DNA of 63,402 nucleotides, filler included, from Octopus bimaculoides (GCF_001194135.2; 5 parts of 5 records of this genome joined end to end with filler, not necessarily neighbours in it); one strand, 5' to 3'; counted from the first letter of the whole stretch, positions 12,970 to 25,398 are shown. The notes: a model not told the origin generated them from the letters alone. Made by a program: numbers and translations.

Positions 12970-14400
12970 TTCTTTTGTTACCAGGGCGAAGGATGAGGGG
13001 GACAATACAAAGACAGGCATAAAATGTTGGAGTTCACATATGATATGGCACCAGAACAAGAAGAAGAAAGAATAAAGTGATTGTGATAGGGTCCTTCTGA
13101 TACAGGAGGACCTCTAGGGCTAATCAGAGAACTCCACTGTCCAAGATCACCCTGAATACCAACTCCTTTCCTCCAACTCACAGGTCTACACTCTTGCCAT
13201 TTTTGCAACTTTCACCCACCTTTTGATAAATTCACTCAGGGACAGCACCTCCCTCTCAATCCTCACTTTCCTTTTCAAGTGAAACTCGAAAAAGTTGAAT
13301 AGGGTTTTACCAAGGAAGAATGTTTCTATCCTCATTCCTTTCAGTCTTGTCCACCAGACAACCTCTTTCACCATAGCTACCCGGCAAAGGAAGACTGCCT
13401 TGCCTGTCCAATTAAAGTAGGATGGCAGGGTAATCATCATTATGGACTCAGCTGACACATGGATCCATCCCCCATGCGACAGTAGCTGTTCGACATAACT
13501 CCACAAGTCAGCAATGCTCAGACACTGAACGAGTGCATTCAGAAAGGTTTTGTCACTCTGCGAGCACCTCAGGCAAGATCGTATGACAGCATATCCATGC
13601 CTGTAGAGTTTATCTCAAACTAGTAATCACCACAAGAAAATAAACAGGATATACTCTAACCTAATCAAGCAATAACTGGAGCAAGGTATAATGGTCAGAC
13701 AATAAATAATGATACAGGTGATGTTGGCATTTGCCATCTCTTGCTGACCTTTCAGGAACAACTTCCTTTCTGCCCATTTCTGGATAAGACAGGCCATCCT
13801 GTTCATCACCTTGTCCCAATCCTGATCCACCTGGAGTCAGGACCAAATGAGAGCCCAAGCAGTTTAACTGGTCTATCAGTCCAGTGTCCAACTATGCTGT
13901 CTGATGGCATCGATCTGCCTCTCCAGGTCTCTAGTCACAATCCCACTGACGTGCTAGCACTGATTTTGGCCCCTGCAACCAACTCATATTCCTTTACAAT
14001 GGAGCTGATCATCTCCACTTCAGAGGCATTTGACATCATGATGGTGACATCATCCGCATATGCCAACACTGTCCTCTTGAGTCCAATTTCAAACAGGAGA
14101 CTTCTTAACTGTTCCAGCTTCTGCAGCAGTGGCTCAAGAGTCAGTACATACAGCCCCGACAGACTGAACGTGCGATACTAAACAGTTCCGATAGGTAGCC
14201 ATCTACTTTGACCACCGAGCAGGTGCTACTGTGCATTGCAGCAATTCAGCCTCTGAAAATGGGGCCAAAACCAGCTGCTTTAAGGACTGCTTCCAAGTAG
14301 CGATGGTTGACCCTATCAAATGCTTTTGACTGATCTAAATTGATCAGAATAGCTATGTTCTATCCAATCTATCCCCACGTTGGCATATTGGATGCTTCAC
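12970..14400 (-). mobile_element. Tx1/L1-like LINE, 5'-truncated, decayed RT + C-terminal domain
   Basis: ILINLDQSKAFDRV, VLAYADDVTIM, FLWKG-like region, and C-terminal WSYVEQLL..KEVVWWTRLKG..FFEFHLKRKVRIEREVLS..RWVKVAKMAR. Confidence 0.85.
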
Positions 14401-15099
14401 TCTCTTTATCTTCCTCTCCCCCATCTTTGTCTATCTATCTGGTATGACTGCTATTCAATGCTAAATTTGTAAGCATGTTTCTGTTATTTCAAACTTTGAA
14501 ATAGCCCTGTCTGTAAATCAAAACTTTGAGATGTTTATAGAATAGCTACATATATATGTCTATTGGTATAAATATATAGAGATTTCTGTATTGTAGCTAC
14601 GTTCTGTCCAACCTGCTCCTCTCTGAAATTGCTTCCTGCCTGTGCCCCTATTGACCACCAGATCTGTCAATTACCCATGCAATCAAACAACCTGCACAGC
14701 AATAGCAGCTGCAAAACTAACAGGCTGAATTTCGCCATCTCTCAATAGCTAAAGAAAGTAGTGAAGACAAAATCAAAACTAACATCTCAAAAAAAATGGC
14801 AATGATGGCATCAGCAACACAGCCAACATGACTATAGAAGGCAGTCACAACAGAAACAAAGCAAAAACAGTGCCAACCACAGAAAAGCACCAATATTGGC
14901 AATGACAGCCACAGTTCCATTGAGCCAATAGAAGATTAGAAGTTAACTTAAATAATGACAACTACGGCAGCAACAACTCAGTAACAACACATATTGCAAC
15001 AGAGCTATCACCACTGACAACAACAATACCAACAAATAACAGAAATAATAATGGTGCTAACAATAATGGCAATGATAATAATAGGTAAACAGGATCATA

Positions 15100-15975
15100 G
15101 GAGTCGTTTACAGGATAACACCTAACCCAAACACCTGTTCAGGCAAGTCACCCACAGAGTTAATGTTTGCCTGGAAGATAAAATCAATTTTTGATAAATT
15201 GTTACCTACAAAAAAAAAAAAACTTATAGGGAAACACTATGAAACACAACAAAGTATTTTGATGTGGGAGATAAAGTTCATTTCAAAATATATAAGAATG
15301 GAAGTCAAGGTTGAAAAGATGGCATAGTGATGAAAAGAATAGGCAGTACGATGTACATAATAAAATATCTAGATAGGCAAGCACAAATGTCACTTGAACC
15401 AGTTGAAGACTAGACATACTGAAGAAAGAGAAGTAATACTGTTTGTTATGACTTGTTTGATGTTCCAATGTTAAAAGAAGTTGAATCTAAGTGAATCAGC
15501 AATAGTAAACGCAATCAAACAGAATGACCAGAAATAATCCCTAAGCAAAAGAGGTATTAAAACTTCTGAGGAAATTTAAATCTCAAAACAAGAAGAGGTG
15601 ATGATGAAAAAAAGAAAAATAGAATAAAATTAAATAAACAAGTTGCACTTCCTACAGAAGTCAAATCTCAAAAGAGATGTTATGGCGAGAATCATAACAC
15701 CCTCTGTGGGAATGGACTAGCCAAACTTGTATAAGTAGCAGTGTGTTTGACTGAGAGAGATGAGAAATCGCAGGAAGGTAAAAGGTGTCATTCATGAGTT
15801 CATGGAGTCACAGGAAATTGTTGAGAGTTGTTTTGGATTGGTTACAGTTGTGGCAAAGTATTAGGGAATACATTAAGTGGAGACAGTTGATGGCTACCCC
15901 ATTATGTGGTACTATATATCACACTGTTATAGTGAAGGAAATAAAAGTGACATAGAGTAATCATGTTATAAAACA
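15100..15975 (+). mobile_element. Ty3/Gypsy LTR retrotransposon remnant: integrase C-terminus, purine tract and probable 3' LTR (~15678-15975)
   Basis: YRITPNPNTCSGKSPTELMFAWKIKSIFDKLLP..FDVGDKVHFKIY..KRIGSTMY..HLNQLK. Then AAAAGAGA followed by TGTTAT...ATAAAACA. LTR limits are tentative. Confidence 0.65.
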
Positions 15976-15990
15976 ATAAACAGAGGCCAA

Positions 15991-17000
15991 CATCCACGTG
16001 CAGACACTGATCACCTATACATGAAGACCAGTAAATGGAGGAAGGGGACTGATAAGTGTAGAAGACTGCATACATATCGAACTCAAGAGCTTAAAGTAAG
16101 GAAACGTTGCTAGTATCCTAAGGTAAAGAAACCTTGTTAGTATCAGTTAGGAATGAGGGTGTATTGAAAGTAGTGAAAAAGGGAAAAACAAGGCAAGAAA
16201 TATAAAATGGACACGAAGAAACATTACACAAGAGATTACACAATCAATTCCAGGTAGCCACAACCAAAGTTGCTGAAAAATATAGGTGAGACCAGCTGAA
16301 GAAAGGTAGCACTGCAAAAAGAGACTGAGAGCACCATACTGGCAGTGCAAGACCAAGTTTTGACCACAAACTGGAAGATCAACCTTGGGAATGAGCAGTA
16401 GTCTCTGCTGTGCCACATCTGTAATAGTGTATTAGAGTGGATGAAACTATTGCCCATATCATGAATGAATGCCCAAGACTTAGCCAAAACCATTACAAGT
16501 TGCGGTGACACAATGAGTGTCACTACATTCTGTGTAAAAAGTTGGGTCTAGAGAGAGACAAGATGTGGTATGAGCAGGAGACCTGCAAAATTCTGTGGGA
16601 TTTTCAAATCCAGACAGATTAGGTGCTAGAGCATAACAAACTGGACCTAGTGGAGATGGACAAGATATACCACATAAGCTATATAATTGACCCATGAATA
16701 ATCAAGAAGGAAGATGAAATAGTCCAGCTATGGAAAATAAAGAAAGTGAAGACAGTGCCAATTGGGTCCTTGGGGACAGTATCAGAAGGCATCAAGAGAA
16801 ATATAAAGGAAATCACAATAGAATGCCCAGTAGAACTGTTACAAAAGGTTTACCTCCTTGGCATGGTCAGAACAATTAGGAAGACATTAGAAAGTTGAAA
16901 AGAACAGATAGCATGGCACCATAAGCTGCAAGCAGTAAGCCTGCTATACATGCAAGACTCCAAGAGTTCCAACAAAACTTGAGTTAAAAAGAAGAAGAAT
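15991..17000 (+). mobile_element. R4/Dong-like LINE (family B), second decayed copy
   Basis: HPRADTDHLYMK..GGRGLISVEDC, CHIC..DETIAHIMNECP, KILWDFQIQTD. The 3' UTR matches 12240-12316. Confidence 0.85.
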
Positions 17001-17309
17001 GGTCAATATAATAGTTGGGAACTGTAAATCCATAAAATATAGTTCATACACAAGAACAATCCAATGGCATGATTCATTTCATAAGGATCAGTATTAGACT
17101 CATATTAAAAAGAGAAAACATAGTTTGCATATACTGATGGACATACATATACAAGTTTATAGCTGGAGAAATATCTATGATCTATACCATTATTCATTAG
17201 TTAGGCTAGAGGTCATAAAGTGAATTGTGAAATAGCCACCCAAATTAAACCCAAGATTTACACTCTCTTCCAATATATGAGTAAACAAAATTAGTTGACC
17301 AGTATTATG

Positions 17310-18230
17310 TAGAAATGTTCTCTTCATAAAATGGAGACATCTAATAATGATCTCATCAAATCTCTCTTTGAGGATACCCCTGCAGTTTATCATAGCAAGT
17401 GCCTCAATGTAACACAATGTGCAATTGCCACTGCCTCCCATACAAGACGTTGAATATCTGATTATTGACCAAAGGATCAAATATTCCTTACCTTGTTTCA
17501 ATTTCCAAATCAATTTAGATAATAATATATGGTTGGGCTTCCTCTGTTTGAAAGTTGTGAAAATGATTATGTAATCTAACTTTAAAATAGTTTGAAGCTA
17601 TGCCAATATAATTATATATTGTTTTGGACATTAGGATTGAACATTTGTAGATCACATTGTCAATAAAACATTTGTTTTCTCAGAGGGTATTTGATAAGTC
17701 TCCTAAAATAGCACATAGTCAAGTTCCAAGCTGAAGCACTATTTCTAGGGTTGGTGGTGTTAACAAGACATCTGGATTCATTATTATTATTATTCAAATT
17801 AGAGCTATACCTACTTGTTCTAATATTTCTTACTTTATTATGCCTACTTTGGTTGTTCTCACATTCATTACTGCTATCTGTTAGTGCCATAGATATTATT
17901 TCTACCATCTGTGAGCTGTCAGATATTCTGTTATCCACACTGTTACTTTAACAGCTGAGTTCAAAATTTTCCATGCTGGAAATTAGGATTAAAATTAGAA
18001 ACGTTCTGGTTCTCTACATTATTTGTAAATATATTCTTCAACTTTTTATATGCTCAGCAACATTTAGTGTTGTTGAATATGAAGATTTAATCATGCGCAT
18101 GTTAAAGATTTTCTTATATCTCCTAGAAGGAGGGAAGTTTCTTTCCAAGATTGTGAAAAAAATACATTAAGCAATCTAGGATTTACATTTAGAACATTAG
18201 ATGGATTATGCTAGATCACTTCCTTGTTAT
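17310..18230 (-). mobile_element. Penelope-like element, decayed linker + GIY-YIG region
   Basis: FFTILERNFPPSRRYKKIFNMRMIKSSYS, NKCFIDNVIYKC, YIGIASNYFKVRLHNH, IWKLKQGKEY.I.WSII..GNCTLC.IE..IRCLH. Confidence 0.8.
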
Positions 18231-18952
18231 GTAATCTACCTGTATTTTTCTTGAATCTCCTGGGTTCATAGCAGTCATTATGAATCTTGGCTGCTGAAGC
18301 TATGCCTAGAGAAGTAGCTTGGTTCTTACTCACAAGTAAATTACTGCCTACTTTCCAGCTGTAATTACACTTATATAATACAGGTAGTATTTTGCTTATA
18401 TTTATGTTGTAATTTAGTGGAATTCATCACCATTCATGAGCTATTAAGGCTATTATTGACACTGCTTAGGCAAGAACTTATTGTCCAACACAGTTCTACT
18501 TTTAGACTCAGTTCTAAACTTATTAAAATTATTTTTATCAGGGTGTGAGAGTGAGATTTATCTAAGATTCCCGTTGAATCTTCAAAGATACATTAATTAG
18601 TTCCCTTATATTTAGCTCTTCCAAGGACACTACTATAATAGTATGCATTTTGGTTTAAAATTTCTTTATTAGCAGGTAACAGTGACAAACGAAATATACA
18701 CCACCGGAAGTTGTTGTTGACAAACAACAGCAGTAATTTTATTCAGCTGAATACATGTCATTGATTGATTGAAATTACCAAAATACGACAACTTTAACAC
18801 GAAATAGCTTCGGAAATAGAAACTTTTCTCAACAACGCTAAGAGTAAAAGTTGTTCTATATGACACACTCTACCACTATCTGAAGTTTCAAAGTGTTTAG
18901 TTAAAGAAAATTAATTGATTAAGCTGCCCATCAAAAGGAAAAGATCCCCGCC

Positions 18953-20151
18953 GACTTCCCTTTGCGCCCCTTAAACACCCCACCCCTTTATTTATTTTAC
19001 AAAAACGCCCGTTTTCAGGTACGGAAATTACAAATCTGAAAAAAAATTGGCAAAAAAAGGCAGTACACATTAAATAAGCCTTCAAGTAGTCTATCCACAT
19101 GCTAGAAATAACAGCCAAATCTCACACAAACACTTTTTCGCACATATTTTTTAATAAAACTTTTTACATATACGTTTCATATGGCTTAGAAGCCGATTAT
19201 ATCAGAATTTTTTTGGTAAAAGTTATTCCTAGAGGTGGAGATGAGTTTCGACAAAATCCCATACTGGCTGGCTTTGTTTCTTGGCGATAAAATTTCAGAG
19301 AAGTTTCCCACAGTAAAAAAAGGTATTATATATACTGTGTGACAAAAAGTTAAAGTGTTCTTTTTTTTGTTTATTTTTGTTTTACAACTGAAAGTATTGG
19401 AAATTAACAAAGTGTTTTTTGTTTTTCTACAAAATGAAACTTGAAAGGGCAGTTACAAAAAATATGAGTACCGAAATAACAGCCAAATCTCCAACAAACA
19501 CTCTTGACACACCCACACACATCTGCATGTGATGCACATTCAACACGAATTCGTTGAAAATATCAAAGAAATTTCAAGTTATATACCGTTGGAATTTATG
19601 GCAGATAAACCTTGGAACGCGCGATGATAGAAAATGAAACAATATGAGTGCGTATACACAATGCCTGAAAATGAAATCAGTTGACCAAACAAAATAAAAG
19701 AATAAATGAACACTTTATTGTAACTTACTGCTACACAGTATTTGTAATAAAATAATCTTTTCTACTCTAGGCACAAGGCCCAAAATTTTGAGGGAGGGTG
19801 CCAGTCAATTAGATGGACCCAGTATGCAACTGGTACTTAATTTATTGACCCTGAAAGGATGAAAGGCAAAGTTGACCTTGGCGGAATTTGAACACAGAAC
19901 ATAAAGACAAACAAAACACCGCTAAGCATTTTGCCTGGTGTGCTTACATTTCTGCCAGCTCGCTGCCTAATAATGAAAAAACTATGTGATCAATCTAATC
20001 ATCTTTCTGCATAGATTTATACCAAGGGGAGGGGGGATTGAAATTTTGAAATTTTTTTCACATTCAGAATCTCTGTACCTGAAAACGAGGGTTTCTGTAA
20101 AAAAAAAAAAAAGAAAGGGCCTTTTAGGGGTGGGGGGTACAAAAGGAAGTC
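18953..20151. mobile_element. Non-autonomous DNA transposon-like element with ~95-bp degenerate terminal inverted repeats
   Basis: 18953-19047 (gacttccctttg..ttttacaaaaacgcccgttttcaggtacggaaattacaaatctgaaaaaa) is the reverse complement of 20051-20151. No coding remnant seen. Confidence 0.55.
19757..19968 (-). mobile_element. Nin-domain-type tRNA SINE (family C)
   Basis: Reverse strand reads aggcagcgagctggcagaa..gttcaaattccgccaaggtcaactttgcctttcatcctttcagggtcaataaattaagtaccag: A/B boxes plus a Nin-like core. Confidence 0.75.
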
Positions 20152-20378
20152 TTTATTTTTTGCACATTTTTTTGTAATTTTTTTGAATATAATAATTATA
20201 TATACAAAACAAGCAGTCCATTATTTTTAAAAATAAATATTGCTTGCATGCTTAAATTTTAATGTTTCTCATTATTGGTGGGGTAAAATTGAATCCAGAG
20301 CCTGGGATTAATAAAAGTAGAAGAAAAAAATCAACACATTATTATTCAGCATAATAGCATAGCCTGGAAAAAACATGG

Positions 20379-21215
20379 ATTACATGGAAAAATTTGAGCA
20401 AGAGAAATAATATTCTTAAACTTATAAACCTGGAAAAATATAGGACAAGTTATTACACTTGGAAAAGTTCAAGACAACTTATTACCTCTGGTAAAGTACA
20501 GAACAAGAAAATTTATACGTAAAATATTGCAGCTATGGATAAAATTTGAATATTAAAAATCATTTGACTTCAATTTACAAAGTAACATTATAATTAAAAA
20601 AGGTACCATCATTTTGGTGAAATATTGACACACTAGAATACTTAAAAAATGAGATCCAGAAGTACCAATATAGCTAAAGTTTTATGCAAAGTATTATAGT
20701 ATATATGGTAGGCAAATTCATTATGTAAAAGATAGGCATTGGGTCAAGACTAAAAATGTGAAGACTTGGCAGTAACTTAGGCAATAACTCAAGCAAATTT
20801 TACTGTGAATTTGTTGTTACAGGTAGATTGTATTATTCTAATTAGTGTACTAATTATGTACTACTGTAATTTTTATAACCTATTTTCAACTTTCTAATTA
20901 TTAATTAATAATTTAAAGAATGAATTTTTTTAAGTACAAAAATATTTTGAGTTATTTATTATTTTTAATAGAAGTAACAAGTAATAACAAATAGTAAAAT
21001 TTTTAGTCTTAATAAAAGCTAATATTTTCAAAACCTAAATATTTCATTTGAAATGTTATCCTTAGCTGCATTATTTTAAGTAAAAATTTTCTTGTTCTGT
21101 ATTTTATCAGATGTAATAAATTGTCCTGAACTTTTCCAAGTGTAATAACTTGTCCTGTACTTCTTCGGGTTTATAAGTTTAAGAATATTCTCTTGCTCAC
21201 ATTTTTCCATGTAAT
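20379..21215. mobile_element. Foldback-like element: ~170-bp inverted arms (20379-20547, 21051-21215) with internal ~29-bp subrepeats
   Basis: The arms align in reverse complement by eye with few mismatches. Spacer is about 500 bp and AT-rich. Confidence 0.75.
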
Positions 21216-21227
21216 ATATATATATAT

Positions 21228-21461
21228 ACTCTTTTACTCTCTTTTACTCTTTTATTCTTTTACTTGTTTCACTCATTTCACTGTGACCATGCTGGAGCAT
21301 CACTTTTAGTCGAGCAAATCGACCACAGGACTTATTCTTTGTAAGCCTAGTACTTATTGTATCGGTCTCTTTTGCCAAACCGCTAAGTTACGGGGATGTA
21401 AACACACCAGCGTCGGTTGTCAAGCGATGGTGGTGGGGGGGACAAACACAGACACACACAC

Positions 21462-21462
<1 letters not shown>
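21228..21462 (-). mobile_element. SINE family A (CORE-like), 3' half
   Basis: Tail (CTTTTA)n; catgctggagca..tagtcgagcaaatcgacc..ttgtcaagcgatg. Confidence 0.85.
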
Positions 21463-21497
<35 letters not shown>

Positions 21498-21881
21498 NNN
21501 NNNNNNNNNNNNNNNNNNNNNNNNNNNNNNNNNNNNNNNNNNNNNNNNNNNNNNNNNNNNNNNNNNNNNNNNNNNNNNNNNNNNNNNNNNNNNNNNNNNN
21601 NNNNNNNNNNNNNNNNNNNNNNNNNNNNNNNNNNNNNNNNNNNNNNNNNNNNNNNNNNNNNNNNNNNNNNNNNNNNNNNNNNNNNNNNNNNNNNNNNNNN
21701 NNNNNNNNNNNNNNNNNNNNNNNNNNNNNNNNNNNNNNNNNNNNNNNNNNNNNNNNNNNNNNNNNNNNNNNNNNNNNNNNNNNNNNNNNNNNNNNNNNNN
21801 NNNNNNNNNNNNNNNNNNNNNNNNNNNNNNNNNNNNNNNNNNNNNNNNNNNNNNNNNNNNNNNNNNNNNNNNNNNNNNNNN

Positions 21882-22218
21882 AGCACCTTGGGCAAGTGTC
21901 TTCTACTATAGCCTCAGGCTGACCAAAGCCTTGTGAGTGGATTTGGTAGATGGAAACTGAAAGAAGCCCGTCGTATATATGTATATTATATATATGTATA
22001 TGTATGTGTGTGTGTATATGTTTGTGTGTGTGTGTTTGTCTCCCCAACATTGCTTGACAACCGATGCTGGTGTGTTTACGTCCTGTAACTTAGCGGTTCG
22101 GCAAAAGAGACCAATAGAATAAGTACTAGGCTTCCAAAGAATAAGTCCTGGGGTCTAAAGGCAGTGCTCCAGCATGGCCACAGTCAAGTGACTGAAACAA
22201 GTAAAAGATTAAAAAAGA
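21882..22218 (+). mobile_element. SINE family A (CORE-like), head lost in gap
   Basis: gcaccttgggcaagtgtcttctactatagcc..ggatttggtagatggaaactgaaagaagcccgtc, internal microsatellite, tail gactgaaacaagtaaaaga. Confidence 0.9.
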
Positions 22219-23379
22219 GTATATATATATATGTCACAAATTGCAAGTGGCCTATTGCCATATACTCTGCAACACATGGGAGCACGTAAGTCATCTAAGA
22301 ATCCATAAGTCAGAAAAAAATTGGCATTTACATATTTGTCTGAAGAGGAGGTATATTAATCAAAGTATACAGTTTTATGGATCCATTAGACAATTACCTA
22401 TGACTGCACTTATCAGTGTGGCAGTTATGGAAAATATGAGAATGGATCTCTATACTGGAGGTGAGGAAGTGCCAGAAAATTTCCTTCTTGCAGTTCAGGT
22501 AGGTTCTTGGGTAAAGAGGCATCTTTATTATAGTTCTTTACTCAGCGTTAAAGAGCTCTTTTCACACATACATTTACCTATACTGCAAAACAGAAATCTT
22601 CCACTTGTTACCACATGAAAGAAAATATGTGATTGGTTACCTACTTACTCCACCATGATTATAAAATGTTAGGAAGCCCTAACATTTATAGTCATTAATC
22701 CTTTCACCACCATAAACTGAGAGCCCAGCAAAACATTGATGACACTCAACTACATACACATAAATACATGAATGCACTAATACAGAGTTTATGGTTTTTG
22801 GGTACATACCCACATCCTCTCCCTCTCAACCCTCAACCCCTCCCCCGTTCACATATCAATTCCTACTACTCACACCCAAACCCAACTTTGCTGGCAGTGT
22901 CCACTCACTCAGGTATTTTGGGTAACTCTTGATTGAATTTGATCATTAATCATCTCCCATGGCATTGTTTTATTTTTTTACAGCACCCACAAACCAGACG
23001 TGACACTTCCTCCCCTCAGTCACTGAGAGGTGTCCCCATTCTATAGCAGCTACCTTGATGACCCAGTCTTAGGTAATCATCTAAGTACCTAATATCTTGT
23101 ATGAAAATGATTGGTAAGATCAGCTGAAATGAATCTATATTACTGTATACTTTGATTAATAGCATTTTGTATCTGATTTGCAAGATTCGTTTTGTGAATT
23201 TGTGTATTGAAACAAATTTTGCTGTGTCTGGGGAGAGTCCTACTGCCTTAATATCTAACACTCACTGGTTCAATTTTCACTCATCTATTATTCATATTTT
23301 TTCTTTTCCAAAATTTTCATTGCTTTTGCAACCTTGCCAATGGATGTTGACTCTGTCCCTTATCTGAGCTGCATTCCTT

Positions 23380-23810
23380 TTGTCTGTTTGTGTGCATGTG
23401 TGTGTGCCAGCATTCATGTGTGCTTGTCTATGCACATATGTATGTATGTATGCATGTGTGTGTATATGCATGTATATATGTGTATGTGTGTGTACGTATG
23501 TATGTATTCTGCATATTCGTGTGTTTATATGTGTGTGTGCATGTTTGTGTATTTGTGTATTTGTGTGTGTATGTGTGTTTCCTTGTATGTGCATCTGTTA
23601 TGCATGGATGTGTGTTTTTGTGTGTATGCGTGTGTGGAGTGTGTGTGTGTGTGTGTATAGTTATGTATTTCCATCTCCTTTAGTGTGTGTGTGTGCTTGT
23701 CTGTCCATATTACCTACGTACTTGTTTATCTACTTACCTATGTATTTATTTGTTTACCAACATATCCGTTTACCTACCTATATATATATCTATATATATA
23801 TGTGTGTGCG
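23380..23810. repeat. Degenerate (GT)n/(TATG)n microsatellite field
   Basis: Directly visible. Confidence 0.9.
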
Positions 23811-23815
23811 TGTGT

Positions 23816-23981
23816 AGGTGCAGGAGTGGCTGTGTGGTAAGTAGCTTGCTTACCAACTACATGGTTCCATGTTCATTCCCACTGCATGGCACCTTGGGCA
23901 AGTGTCTTCTACTATAGCCTCGGGCCGAACAAAGCCTTGTGAGTGGATTTGGTAGACAGAAACTGAAAGAAGCCCATCATA

Positions 23982-24040
<59 letters not shown>

Positions 24041-24183
24041 GTTTGTGTGTCTGTGTTTGTCCCCCCCAACATCACGACAACCGATGGTGGTGTGTTTACG
24101 TTCCTGTAACTTAGAGCTTCGGCAAAAGAGACCAATAGAATAAGTACTAGGCTTCCAAAGAATAAGTCCTGGGGTCGATTTGC
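23816..24183 (+). mobile_element. SINE family A, 3'-truncated
   Basis: tRNA-like head gcaggagtggctgtgtggtaagtagc..gttcattccc, core accttgggcaagt. Confidence 0.9.
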
Positions 24184-24249
24184 CTACATAACAGCCTACC
24201 AGTAAATGTACTTATGTATACATATTCTATGGGTATTGGGGTATCACTA

Positions 24250-24688
24250 CCTTCTACGTGTATTTCCTAATTAGTATAGGCAATGCTTCATTTATGAGGA
24301 CATACTCATAAGTGATGGGTCCTTCAGGTGCTTGGGTAAAATGTGGATGTTAAGTTGGCCCAGTGTGCCTGCATGTTGGTCTTTGGCATGTTGATAGAGT
24401 ATGGAGGACTGTTTGTTGTCATCATATTGCTTCAAGTGTTAAGTTTGGTCTCCTTCATAGCCTTCTAAATCTACGGGCTAGTTCCCCATTGGGTGTGGCC
24501 TCTGCAAACATCATTCCTTGATATTTGTCAACCCTGTACTATGTGTTCTTTCTGTTTGCTTTGTCACAAACTGTATATTATTTCATTCTTTAACTCTGTA
24601 TCTAGGGTGGGTACCACTAGCTTCATTACTTATGATGCTATCTAACTTCTTTCTAGCTCTCCTGTATACACGAATCCTATCTTTCTGG
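24250..24688 (-). mobile_element. Penelope-like element fragment (second subfamily), internally deleted
   Basis: RIRVYRRARKKL..SGTHPRYR, MFAEATPNGELARRF, KQSSILYQHAKDQHAG..ILPKHLKDP..INEAL, resembling PLE post-RT and GIY-YIG C-terminal motifs. Confidence 0.5.
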
Positions 24689-24984
24689 TCATCATCATCA
24701 GCATCATCATCGTTTAACGTCCGCTTTCCATGCTAGCATGGGTTGGACGATTTGACTGAGGACTGGTGCAACCAGATGGCTACACCAGGCTCCAATCTAA
24801 TTTGGCAGAGTTTCTACAGCTGGATGCCCTTCCTAATGCCAACCACTCAGAGAGTGTAGTGGGTGCTTTTACGTGCCACCTGAAGGAAAACACCACGCTC
24901 GAAATGGTGTCTTTTATGTGCCACCTGCACAAGAGCCAGTCCAGAGGCACTGGCAACGATCTCGCTCGAAAACCCTACAAGGCC
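24689..24984 (-). mobile_element. RTE LINE 3' UTR copy (same family as 4096-7900), cut by scaffold gap
   Basis: Near-identical to 152-470. Confidence 0.85.
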
Positions 24985-25028
24985 NNNNNNNNNNNNNNNN
25001 NNNNNNNNNNNNNNNNNNNNNNNNNNNN

Positions 25029-25040
25029 TTAATTAATTAA
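25029..25040. other. Scaffold-join linker TTAATTAATTAA (technical; also at 37341, 53407, 62269)
   Basis: Identical 12-mer centred in 100-bp spacers (44 N each side); has stops in all six frames. Confidence 0.9.
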
Positions 25041-25084
25041 NNNNNNNNNNNNNNNNNNNNNNNNNNNNNNNNNNNNNNNNNNNN

Positions 25085-25133
<49 letters not shown>

Positions 25134-25344
25134 ATTCTCTCTCTTTCTCTCACTCACTCATTCACTAATTCCCTTTCACACACTACGCGCGTGCACACAC
25201 CCTTTTATGTGTGGAAGAAATCAGCTTTCTTGAAACCAAAAGATGCCATGTTTTAAAATGTCTAAGATACGTTGCGTGTCACGACGCTATCGTACGACGC
25301 TTGAGGCCTAAGGAAGGAAGCATCTTCAATATCAGAATTAAAGT

Positions 25345-25363
25345 TTGTTAGTGATTGAATGTG

Positions 25364-25398
<35 letters not shown>

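Noticed and set aside
23016-23261. ORF with RT-like words (LDIKA, IRYLDD, MGTPLS)
   Set aside because: Motif order and spacing do not fit an RT (the GSPLS-like motif should precede YxDD); probably chance or unrecognisably scrambled.
25029-25040. TTAATTAATTAA recurring four times as a possible motif
   Set aside because: Always centred in 100-bp N spacers; an artificial scaffold linker.
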